IMG/VR virus record: IMGVR_UViG_3300016265_000187
Span: 1-33,183 of that record
DNA: 33,183 bases
Direction: 5' to 3' (one strand)
DNA from: a virus
Taxonomy: Duplodnaviria; Caudoviricetes
The notes beneath the pieces were generated by a model that saw only the letters and a program-made list of their open reading frames with translations, was not told the origin of the DNA and made no database searches. The translations under genes were made by a program, and so were the position numbers. Positions 1 through 7,878 of this stretch are shown piece after piece. Numbering within the stretch: position 1 is the first letter of the stretch; each line of letters starts with the position of its first letter.

Positions 1-836
1 ACTACTGAGCCTATGATTGTTACTGAAGTACCTGCAGGACCTGTTGCTCCTGAATTGCCTGAGAAGCCAGACATACCTGAATAACCAGAAATGCCTGAGT
101 AACCTGAGAAACCAGATATGCCAGAATCACCTGAGTAACCACTGATACCTGAATATCCACTAAACCCTGATACACCCGTTGCGCCGGTTGCTCCTGAGCT
201 AGGAGTTATCCAAGTTAAGTTTCCAGAACCGTTAGTAGATAGCACATACCCTGAACTTCCGCCAGTTATTATAACATTGCTTTCTGGTCCTAAACTAGTG
301 ACACCATTAACAGTAAGTCCGGTTAATGTTCCCACGCTGGTAATGTTTGGTTGTGCTGCGGTTGTCAATGTAGTAGCAGCGTAATTTGCTGTTAATAAGT
401 TTCCTGAATTTATATTATTAGCAGTGATATTTCCGGTAGTAGTAATATTACCGCCTGTTATAGCTGTATTAACTGTAGCATTACCTACAAATAATGATGT
501 TGAAATAGTAGTGTTTGCAGGTAAGTCAATATATATAATTTGCCCAGAAGAAGTAAGTGTAGCACTTAAATTAGATCCGGGAGCAGATAATCCTAAAGCT
601 AATGAAGAAGTTTGTATTTGAACTTGTGCAATATTAGCAGCAATTAATACGTTACCTGTACTGCTATTAACAGTAATACCAGGTTGATTAGTTCTGTTAA
701 TTGATTGAACACCTTGAACTGATTGAGCATCAAAAAGTTCAGTAAAGTTTTCTTGTGTTTTTTCAAATGCTGTTCTTATCGCATCTGCGCTAGGATCATT
801 AGGAAACGAACCTACATCTATATTTTTTTGACTCAC
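1..836 (-). CDS. Tail fibre/baseplate-associated protein with collagen-like repeats (partial, runs off the left edge; missing from the ORF track)
   Basis: GTG at 836 with AGAGGA SD and a late box at 864-871. Translates as MSQKNIDVGSFPNDPSADAIRTAFEKTQENFTELF, resembling the T4 gp9/gp10-type baseplate N-terminal motif. It later has LTTAAQPNITSVGTLT and a Gly-X-Y run (GATGATGVSGFSGYSGISGYSGDSG...). The start codon and the left-edge codons are in the same frame. Confidence 0.8.
   Translation of the reverse strand, partial: MSQKNIDVGSFPNDPSADAIRTAFEKTQENFTELFDAQSVQGVQSINRTNQPGITVNSSTGNVLIAANIAQVQIQTSSLALGLSAPGSNLSATLTSSGQIIYIDLPANTTISTSLFVGNATVNTAITGGNITTTGNITANNINSGNLLTANYAATTLTTAAQPNITSVGTLTGLTVNGVTSLGPESNVIITGGSSGYVLSTNGSGNLTWITPSSGATGATGVSGFSGYSGISGYSGDSGISGFSGYSGISGYSGMSGFSGNSGATGPAGTSVTIIGSV
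40..195 (-). repeat. Collagen-like Gly-X-Y coding repeat, mostly G-X-S
   Basis: 9-nt periodic cctga/ccaga units on the + strand encode GVSGFSGYSGISGYSGDSGISGFSGYSGISGYSGMSGFSGNSGATGPA. Confidence 0.85.
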
Positions 837-863
837 CGAGAAATCCTCTATAATCTATTATTG

Positions 864-871
864 TATTTATC
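864..871 (-). promoter_or_regulatory. Late promoter box GATAAATA
   Basis: Matches the T4 gp55-type late -10 element (TATAAATA) and lies just downstream of a terminator and upstream of a structural gene. Confidence 0.7.
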
Positions 872-883
872 ATTCCTATAAGT

Positions 884-910
884 AAAAAAATACCCGGCGA
901 ACCGGGTATT
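884..910 (-). terminator. Intrinsic terminator with UUCG loop
   Basis: Minus strand reads AATACCCGG-TTCG-CCGGGTATT followed by TTTTT, 30 nt after the stop of the 988-aa ORF. Confidence 0.9.
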
Positions 911-940
911 AAAACAGTGCTTTTCAGAATTTTATTATTA

Positions 941-3907
941 TTATATTCCGCTTAGTTTTTTCCACTCATTTAAAGCTTGTATACTTTCGTCAACTTTAAC
1001 TCTTGTGTGAGGTAAAGTAGTTTGATCTTTCTTAGGACCATTCAACCCACCTGAAATTACTCTGGTCATAAAGTCAATGTCTTCTTCAAAAGTATTGTCT
1101 TTAGTATTTTCAGAACCAGTGTATCCAGCGTCATTGGCCCACTCTGTTAGTTCTTCGTCTTCTTCGCTAGCTTCTCCACCATCACCGCCTTCGTTAAAAG
1201 TATCAGTTTTGTTTTGTTGCGCTGCTTGTGCTAATGCTTTATCTTCTTCAGCTTCAGCATCTTCATCAGCAGTAGTTTCAGCTTGATCAGAATCTGGAGC
1301 ATTTGCTTCAGCTACTTCAAATTCCATTTGATCTTCAGTTTCATCTTCGCCTACTACTAAAGCTTTGCTGTCTGATTCATCGTCACAACCGCAATCGCTT
1401 GATCCACATCCCGGGCATGTTGAATCATCATGTGATTCTTCATCTTCATAATCATTACTTCCGCTAGACATTTTCTTAATCAAAGACATCATAGAATCAT
1501 GATCGCCTACATCACCGCCTTGAGGTGCTGTTACTTGATCTTGTGAAACAGGGGCGCCATAATTGCTTGCTTGTTGATCGTCACCACCAAACAAACCCAA
1601 TCCAGCTTGCTTGATCAAGCTTAATAGTGCATCAGCTTCTTGATCTTGTGCTGATACAGTTACAGAATCAGGTGCACCTTGCTGTCCTTTAGATACTGAA
1701 ACAGAAATGCCTTCTTTTACAGGTGTCTTGTTCTTAGAATCAGATGATAATGACTTTTTCATTTCAGCTTTAGTCTTGCCGTACTTTTCTTTAAACTTAG
1801 CATCAGACAATGCGGGTTCACCTTTAGCATTACCTAAGTCCATGTCTAAATCTTTCATTTTGCCTTCATTTAAAAGTTCATTTAGTTCACGATCCCAAGC
1901 TTCAAATGCCATGATGTCCATTTCATCTACTTTAGTATCGTAACTAGTTCTATCAGTGAAAGTTTTTCCACCTACAGTAAACTTACCGCCTTTTGGTGTT
2001 CTAGCAAGGGCAGCAGTAAATGCGTTGCCTTCTTCCATGTCAGCTTCCATAGCAGGCATTGCGTTAGATGCCATGCCGGGAACAGTTGCTGGCATTTCTT
2101 CACCTACAACTAAGCCTTGAATAGGCATTACACCATAGCACTCATCTAAGCCTTCTTTGAAGCCTTCATGATAAGCGTTACGCTCTTCAGTGCCTTCATC
2201 ATATTTGCAGTTATAGCTTTCTTTAGCTAATGCATGTGCTTTACCGCGTAAACGAGCGGCTTCTAATTTATTGTGGTTCATAGATTCATTTACCTTTTTC
2301 TTTTTCATATCATACTCAATGTCTGTAGCAACCTTTTTGCCAGCTTTTTCTGCTTTATCATCTTCAGCCTTACGCTTTTTACCATGTATCTTATCTTTTA
2401 CTTTTTCATCGTACTCAATGTCTTTAGTAACTTTTTTGCCAGCTTTTTCTGCTTTATCATCTTTCTTGACAGTTTTCTTTGCTTCTAAAGTTGTTTGACT
2501 TCTACCAGCACCCAACCCTGCACCAAAGTCACCATCGTGAGTTGGCATAGCTGCTTCATCAGTCTTTTCTTTCTTGTCAGGCAAGCCTTTGTGCTTAGTG
2601 CCAGCAAACTTTTCCAACTCTTTAGTAGACATTTTTGCCATTTCCTTTGAAGCACCTTTTAGTTTAGATTTTGGAGCATCACCGCGCTTGGCTGCTAATG
2701 CTGCACCAGCTGCTTGTTGTTGTGATTTGCTTACTGCTTTTTCGTTTATTACTGACTCACTAACTTTCTTAGTAAGAAGTTCTGGATCAGCATCAAGTTC
2801 TGCGCGGAGATTTCTTGATTTTTCTCTGGTTCTAGAGAATACTTTCTCTTGTTCTTCTTTACTAGAAGGTGCAGACTTTCTAGCATCTGCTTGGCCCATG
2901 TCAGTCTCATCAACTTTGCCCCAGTCAGATTTTGCTCTGATAGCAAAAGCTAGTTCGCGCATTTTGCCATAATCTGGTGAGCCTTTTTTATGAGGTCCTT
3001 TAGCTTTTAAAGCGTTATACTGTTTAAGTAACTCAGCTTTTGTTTTACCTTCATACTTACCTTTTTCACTTGGGGCTACTTTAGTTTCAGTACCCCACTT
3101 TTCGTTTAGTTCGGATTCAGATATGCCGTACTGTTGCTTAATGCTTCGTTTCATAGCTTCAGCGTCCTGACGGTTTATTTTACCTGACTTAGTAACTCTA
3201 GGAGGAAATTTATTTGCTAAGGGATCATATACACCCGAAACATGACCCGGTCTCGGATAATGCATACTAGGGCCTTGTGATATAGTGTCTGCTATCTTGT
3301 CACCAAATTCTTGTCTAATCCGATCAATAACTACGCTGGGGTCGAGATCGTACTCACTGCCAAAAGGATCAGTAGCATCTCTATACGCATAAATTAAACT
3401 TTTTAATTTTTGTTTTTGTGCAGGGTCTAAGCCTTCTGCCATGTCATCTTCTTGTAACTCATCACCAGCTAAAGTCATTTCACCTTTGCCAATGCTTTGC
3501 TTGATTTGTTGTGCTAACTGAGGATTCTCAACAGTGCCAAGAGTCTTTTGACCTTGCTTGATTACTTGTGTATTTTGTTTTGCTGGTTGAATAGTAACTT
3601 GTTCTGCTTCACTTAACATTTCATTAAAGATACCTTTCAATGAAGGCTTGGATTCTTTAACTTCATCTTTGGCTTGTTTAAGTTCAGTTTGAGTAGCTCC
3701 AGCTTTTCTAGCAGCTTCAGCGTCTTTTGGATCTTTAGAATTAGCATACTTTTTTAATGCTTCTGTTCTATTCACACCCTTCTTACCTTCATAATCAGTA
3801 GCACCTGTATTTTCAGTCAATACTTTCTTACCAGTAGAAACAACTTCAGCACTCGCTTGAGTACCGGTGAGTTCAGTCATTTTGTTTAATAAGTCTTTCA
3901 TGCTCAT
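941..3907 (-). CDS. Large charged/acidic protein, probable prohead core or internal head (poly)protein with an embedded DUF3008-like segment
   Basis: 988 aa with AAGGA SD. Many [LIVMF]-x-E motifs (LTE, LSE, LQE, MAE, LNE, VDE, INE, VNE, VGE, VKE, FNE) resemble T4 gp21 protease sites. Also a D/E-rich tail, a CPGCGSSDCGC cluster and C-terminal WKKLSGI. Confidence 0.6.
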   Translation of the reverse strand: MSMKDLLNKMTELTGTQASAEVVSTGKKVLTENTGATDYEGKKGVNRTEALKKYANSKDPKDAEAARKAGATQTELKQAKDEVKESKPSLKGIFNEMLSEAEQVTIQPAKQNTQVIKQGQKTLGTVENPQLAQQIKQSIGKGEMTLAGDELQEDDMAEGLDPAQKQKLKSLIYAYRDATDPFGSEYDLDPSVVIDRIRQEFGDKIADTISQGPSMHYPRPGHVSGVYDPLANKFPPRVTKSGKINRQDAEAMKRSIKQQYGISESELNEKWGTETKVAPSEKGKYEGKTKAELLKQYNALKAKGPHKKGSPDYGKMRELAFAIRAKSDWGKVDETDMGQADARKSAPSSKEEQEKVFSRTREKSRNLRAELDADPELLTKKVSESVINEKAVSKSQQQAAGAALAAKRGDAPKSKLKGASKEMAKMSTKELEKFAGTKHKGLPDKKEKTDEAAMPTHDGDFGAGLGAGRSQTTLEAKKTVKKDDKAEKAGKKVTKDIEYDEKVKDKIHGKKRKAEDDKAEKAGKKVATDIEYDMKKKKVNESMNHNKLEAARLRGKAHALAKESYNCKYDEGTEERNAYHEGFKEGLDECYGVMPIQGLVVGEEMPATVPGMASNAMPAMEADMEEGNAFTAALARTPKGGKFTVGGKTFTDRTSYDTKVDEMDIMAFEAWDRELNELLNEGKMKDLDMDLGNAKGEPALSDAKFKEKYGKTKAEMKKSLSSDSKNKTPVKEGISVSVSKGQQGAPDSVTVSAQDQEADALLSLIKQAGLGLFGGDDQQASNYGAPVSQDQVTAPQGGDVGDHDSMMSLIKKMSSGSNDYEDEESHDDSTCPGCGSSDCGCDDESDSKALVVGEDETEDQMEFEVAEANAPDSDQAETTADEDAEAEEDKALAQAAQQNKTDTFNEGGDGGEASEEDEELTEWANDAGYTGSENTKDNTFEEDIDFMTRVISGGLNGPKKDQTTLPHTRVKVDESIQALNEWKKLSGI
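2311..2465 (-). repeat. Imperfect duplication DDKAEKAGKKV(T/A)(K/T)DIEYD, 99-nt spacing
   Basis: Two near-identical copies of ...tactcaatgtct...tttttgccagctttttctgctttatcatct at about 2313-2363 and 2412-2462. Confidence 0.85.
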
Positions 3908-3917
3908 AGTATATTCC

Positions 3918-4538
3918 TTATCTTCCAGCGCCAGTTTTAGGCTTTGCTGGTCTAGTAATCGTAGTCATTGGTCCTTTGTTACCCATAGACTTCATGTATT
4001 CTTCTGGTTTGAATGGATCAAATGCTTGTTTAGTTTTTTCACCAGCATATGGACTTTCAATCTTATGATCTTTCATTTGCTTTTCAATTTCGTCTAGATA
4101 AGAATTACCATAAGCTTTAGCTGCTGCTTTTGCGTTAGCGTCATCAGGATAATCATTAGTTAAAAGCGGTGACTTATCTGCTGAATTTTCATACTGTTCT
4201 GCTTCAAGATCAATACTGTCGTCAAACTTAGTAGTTATTAAGCGAACACGATTTTCATCCATGTTTAACAATCTTGCCATTTGTTTAATCATTGGCTCAG
4301 TTGCAGGGTATCTAAACTTTGCTTTGATGATGTTTACTGATTGATTAGAAACACCAGGAAATCCATATGGTGATTTTTGAATAGGAGTAGAAGTAGGTCC
4401 TGAAATTTCAATAGGATCAAACTTGCTCAAGTTATGTTTGAACATATCCATCCAATTCTTTTCTACCTCACCTACAATCTTAATAGTGCAATCGTAAGTA
4501 TGGATACTTTCTACAATGTATTGTTTTAAGCTTCGCAT
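3918..4538 (-). CDS. Hypothetical phage protein, probably head-associated
   Basis: 206 aa. N-terminus MRSLKQYIVE resembles the T4 internal-protein capsid targeting sequence (MKTYQEFIAE). Has its own late box at 4569-4576. Confidence 0.6.
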   Translation of the reverse strand: MRSLKQYIVESIHTYDCTIKIVGEVEKNWMDMFKHNLSKFDPIEISGPTSTPIQKSPYGFPGVSNQSVNIIKAKFRYPATEPMIKQMARLLNMDENRVRLITTKFDDSIDLEAEQYENSADKSPLLTNDYPDDANAKAAAKAYGNSYLDEIEKQMKDHKIESPYAGEKTKQAFDPFKPEEYMKSMGNKGPMTTITRPAKPKTGAGR

Positions 4539-4568
4539 AGTTAATCCTTAAATATGTGTAATATCTAT

Positions 4569-4576
4569 TATTTATC
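4569..4576 (-). promoter_or_regulatory. Late promoter box GATAAATA
   Basis: Intergenic, upstream of an AAGGA SD and the ATG at 4538. Confidence 0.7.
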
Positions 4577-4592
4577 TTTGTAGTTTAAAATT

Positions 4593-5075
4593 TCACTTGT
4601 CTTTGTTAGTGTAAAACTTTAATAATTCGTTTCTGTCTAGTGCTTTACCTTCACCTAAAGGAGTAGCTTCTACTTCTTCTTGTTTGCTTTGTTGTTTCTG
4701 ATCAAGTGCTGCTTTCTTTAATTGAAGTTCAATTTGTTTTAGTTTCTTATTAATCTTGGCAGTTTTAGCCTGGATCGCATGTCCAAGCATTGTACCAGCA
4801 GCAGAAAATATTTCACTAGAAAACCTTGATTCTACTTGCATACCCAAGTCTTGTAAGTCTTTAAAACTGTTAGTAGCTAGTGCAGCTAATTCATCTAGTT
4901 CTGAATCTGCTGCTTCTAATCCACGAACTTGCGGCAATGCTGCTTCTATTTTCTCTAAATTAGAATAAGCGGTTTCTGTTATTTCTTGATAATCACTAAC
5001 GGGTTCTAATAATTCGTTTTCTGAATCATTAATATCTTGTGGTAGTTCAAACAGTTCTTGAAGTTTTTTAGTCAT
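4593..5075 (-). CDS. Helical/coiled-coil protein, possible terminase small subunit (T4 gp16-like)
   Basis: 160 aa with a helix-rich core (DLGMQVESRFSSEIFSAAGTML...KKLKQIELQLKK) and C-terminal DRNELLK. Size and layout recall gp16-family proteins, and it sits next to gp4. The function call is tentative. Confidence 0.4.
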   Translation of the reverse strand: MTKKLQELFELPQDINDSENELLEPVSDYQEITETAYSNLEKIEAALPQVRGLEAADSELDELAALATNSFKDLQDLGMQVESRFSSEIFSAAGTMLGHAIQAKTAKINKKLKQIELQLKKAALDQKQQSKQEEVEATPLGEGKALDRNELLKFYTNKDK

Positions 5076-5082
5076 CTTGTAT

Positions 5083-5523
5083 TTATTTTCCCTTTCTTCC
5101 GTTCATGAAAATATCGTTTTCGTTTATGACTCTGAATACAAAACCATTTGCTTTACAGTACGCCATAGCTGCTTGCCATTTTGTATGATTGATTGCAACT
5201 GTAATTTTATCTTTTGCGCTTGCTGCTTTGCTTTCAATTAAACTTTGCTTTTTTGGTTTTATCTCTACAACTTCAGCCATTCGCTTTTTGAATTTATTTT
5301 CATAAACTACAAAAAAGTCTGGAACATATATAGTAGGCTTTCCAGTAAATGGGTGTTTATATGGGATACGTATAGCTTCACTTGCCCAGTGTGTTATGTT
5401 TTTATTGTTGTCGCAAAACTGCATAAACACCAGTTCCCATGAGCTACGATATTTGGGAGCGTGTTTACCTATATACTTCTCAGGATTCTTAGGAGTATAT
5501 ATACCTTGTGCCCATTTAGCCAT
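5083..5523 (-). CDS. Head completion nuclease (T4 gp4-like, TnsA-type PD-(D/E)XK fold)
   Basis: Motifs PKNPEKYIG, YRSSWE..FM.FCD, WASE..IPY, YVPDF, EIKP and K.(Q)AA..YC...G..F..INE are characteristic of the gp4 family. Confidence 0.9.
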   Translation of the reverse strand: MAKWAQGIYTPKNPEKYIGKHAPKYRSSWELVFMQFCDNNKNITHWASEAIRIPYKHPFTGKPTIYVPDFFVVYENKFKKRMAEVVEIKPKKQSLIESKAASAKDKITVAINHTKWQAAMAYCKANGFVFRVINENDIFMNGRKGK

Positions 5524-5524
5524 T

Positions 5525-5887
5525 TTACTGAACTACATTTCTAGCAGCAAGTTGATTTGGTCTAGGTACTACCCCTACGCCATACAGTGAGGTATTAGAC
5601 TTAAAGTTATTCAAGAAATAACAAATAACTTTATTCATTTCTAATTTATTAGGTAAGCCTCGTAATTGATCTAGTAATTCTAAAACAGGTATATCGGCTT
5701 CTTGTGATATTCTAAACAAATTAGCAGTAAAGTTACCTGCTATGGTATCATTGTTAGAAGTTGATTTAAAAAATGAAAATACAATGTCAAACTCACTAGC
5801 ATTTATATTAAGTTTGGTGTTATAGAAATTATCAAAAATTTCTATAGTTCTATCAGGATTTGTTTGGTTATCAATTATAGTAGGCAT
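5525..5887 (-). CDS. Hypothetical phage protein
   Basis: 120-aa ORF packed tightly between neighbours. CATAAATA box at 5893-5900 lies 5 nt before the ATG. Confidence 0.7.
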   Translation of the reverse strand: MPTIIDNQTNPDRTIEIFDNFYNTKLNINASEFDIVFSFFKSTSNNDTIAGNFTANLFRISQEADIPVLELLDQLRGLPNKLEMNKVICYFLNNFKSNTSLYGVGVVPRPNQLAARNVVQ

Positions 5888-5902
5888 AATATTATTTATG
5901 CT

Positions 5903-7120
5903 TTATGGAAATGGTCTTCTATTAAGAGGTTGACCTAAGTTTGCAGGATAAGATGTAGCACCGCTTTTGTTTATCTGTCCGCCTGCATTAGTTGTAGTTT
6001 TAACAGTAGTATTGTTATTTGCGCCTGAAGTAGGTGCTCCAGCAGTTGCTATAGGAGAAGGAGTAGATCCTATCTTCTGAACCCAAGCCCCTATATTTCT
6101 TGTAACGTTAGGATTAGTTAAGGCATAACTAACGCCATTTAATAATTCTTGTTTAGCTGTTTGTTTCAAGTCTCTATCCTTAAAAGTATAATACGCGGAT
6201 CCAGCAGTTTTAATTGCACCTAATATGTTACCAGAACCTAATGCTTCTAGCGTACCTCCCACCGAATCTACTAGTCCGCCAGAGCCTAATATTCTAGCAT
6301 TAGAATTAGGTAGTGCAATAGGACTGCGTCTTCTATCATAATTTTCTTCTGATCCAAATCCTGTAACAATGTTATCGGGATTATTACCATCAATTGCTCC
6401 ATAGTTATAAACTACAGTTTCATAGTCAATTGTCATTGTGTTTTGCATTATTCCAGCACCTTCGCTATAATTATAGGTATCATGCTGGAAACTTGTAATG
6501 ATGGGATTGATTAATGTATAAGCAGTAAAATTATGCTGATAAAAACCAAAAACAGTAATATTTTTAAAGAAAGGAATTTTTCTATCAGAACCAGTAAAAG
6601 TATCGCCTATGTAACCCCAGTCAGCACCGTCTACTTTAGAAGAATATATATTTCTGTTATTGTATGTTATATCTCCGCCTGAGTTACTTCCTCTATTACC
6701 CGAAAACATTACGTTAGGTTTACTGCCATCTCTATAGTTATATCTGTAATAAGCTTCCCAAAGTTTAGTAGCTTTACTAGCATTATCATCATGAAATGTA
6801 ATAGTGATAGGCTCGTACTTTATTTTAGTTTGTACAATCCTTTTTCTGTTGTACTGATTTAATTGAGCGGTGTCAAAAGTATAACTAGGTAGTTTTATTT
6901 CTTTTACCAACAAGCCGTAATTTTGTCTGCCATCTACTCCTGCGTCAAATAATTCTTGATTTATTTCAAAATAAGTATGAAATAAAAACTTTAACTTAGG
7001 AGCGTTTTCGTAAGCATTAGGTCTAAATGTCTTAGATGCGTGTGTATAATCTCTCAAGTAGTCGCTGCCGAAGAATCCTCCGACAGCGCCACTTAATAGA
7101 TCCTGAAAAAATCCAGACAT
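5903..7120 (-). CDS. Tail-tube-like baseplate/tube initiator protein (gp48/gp54/gp19-fold)
   Basis: Directly follows the tube gene. Tube-fold pattern LVKEIKLPSYTF...NQYNRKRIVQTKIKYEPITITFHDD...LINPIITSF.HD..NYS...MTIDYE, with a Gly/Thr-rich C-terminal extension. Confidence 0.7.
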   Translation of the reverse strand: MSGFFQDLLSGAVGGFFGSDYLRDYTHASKTFRPNAYENAPKLKFLFHTYFEINQELFDAGVDGRQNYGLLVKEIKLPSYTFDTAQLNQYNRKRIVQTKIKYEPITITFHDDNASKATKLWEAYYRYNYRDGSKPNVMFSGNRGSNSGGDITYNNRNIYSSKVDGADWGYIGDTFTGSDRKIPFFKNITVFGFYQHNFTAYTLINPIITSFQHDTYNYSEGAGIMQNTMTIDYETVVYNYGAIDGNNPDNIVTGFGSEENYDRRRSPIALPNSNARILGSGGLVDSVGGTLEALGSGNILGAIKTAGSAYYTFKDRDLKQTAKQELLNGVSYALTNPNVTRNIGAWVQKIGSTPSPIATAGAPTSGANNNTTVKTTTNAGGQINKSGATSYPANLGQPLNRRPFP

Positions 7121-7139
7121 TTATAAACTACCTAAAGTA

Positions 7140-7811
7140 TTATACACTAGGTGTATTTGAACCTACACCAGTAGCGATACCTTGAGCAGCAGCATCAGCA
7201 ACAATTCTACCAATACGCTGACCAACACCAGCAGTACCAAGAGTATCACCCTGAGTTTGAACTGCGTTGTCATAAGCAATTGATAAGCCTATAGTTACTG
7301 CTTCACTAGTTCCATAGTTTAGAGTATTATAGTTTGCTGCTTTTAAAAAGCATCCATATAATTCCCAATTTTCTAATACTACTGGAACAGCAGTACCGTT
7401 ACCACCATCTAATATCTGAACGTTAACTTGAAACTTATAATCTTGTCCAGACGCTGCTGAAGCTTGTTCAACAAAATCTAATTGCTTTTGTAACTGTTGA
7501 CCTACTGCTTTTGCTACACTACCTGATGCATCATCACGAATGTTTATACTCATGTCTGCCCAAGTGTGCTTACCTGCAATTTTAATCGTTGAGTTATATA
7601 CTTGTAATGGGATTTCAGCAAAAGACAAATTAGGTCTTGAGCAATCTATTACTTGTTTTGTTAAACTTAATCCACCATCAACATCAACACCAAAGTTCAA
7701 GAAGTTAACTCTAAAGCGGTATTGTAGTTTAGGCATCAACAAGCCTTGGTTGCCACCTGCGTTATCAGATGCAACTGTCATGTTAAATAAACTATTACTG
7801 GCTGTTGCCAT
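7140..7811 (-). CDS. Tail tube protein (gp19-like)
   Basis: 223 aa downstream of the sheath. Pattern PKLQYRFRV...RPNLSF.EI...AGKHTW.D..INIRDD...WELYGCF....Y..LNY.......I.LSIAYDNA. Own late box (7832-7839) and AGGAG SD. Confidence 0.88.
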   Translation of the reverse strand: MATASNSLFNMTVASDNAGGNQGLLMPKLQYRFRVNFLNFGVDVDGGLSLTKQVIDCSRPNLSFAEIPLQVYNSTIKIAGKHTWADMSINIRDDASGSVAKAVGQQLQKQLDFVEQASAASGQDYKFQVNVQILDGGNGTAVPVVLENWELYGCFLKAANYNTLNYGTSEAVTIGLSIAYDNAVQTQGDTLGTAGVGQRIGRIVADAAAQGIATGVGSNTPSV

Positions 7812-7831
7812 TTTATTTCTCCTGTTTTATA

Positions 7832-7839
7832 TATTTATC
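7832..7839 (-). promoter_or_regulatory. Late promoter box GATAAATA for the tail tube gene
   Basis: Lies immediately after the sheath terminator, 20 nt upstream of the ATG at 7811. Confidence 0.75.
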
Positions 7840-7842
7840 TTT

Positions 7843-7872
7843 AAAATAGAGAGGGTTTTCCCTCTCTATTTT
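7843..7872. terminator. Intrinsic terminator hairpin after the sheath gene (symmetrical)
   Basis: Perfect 13-bp inverted repeat AAAATAGAGAGGG-tttt-CCCTCTCTATTTT. Confidence 0.8.
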
Positions 7873-7878
7873 TATCTT

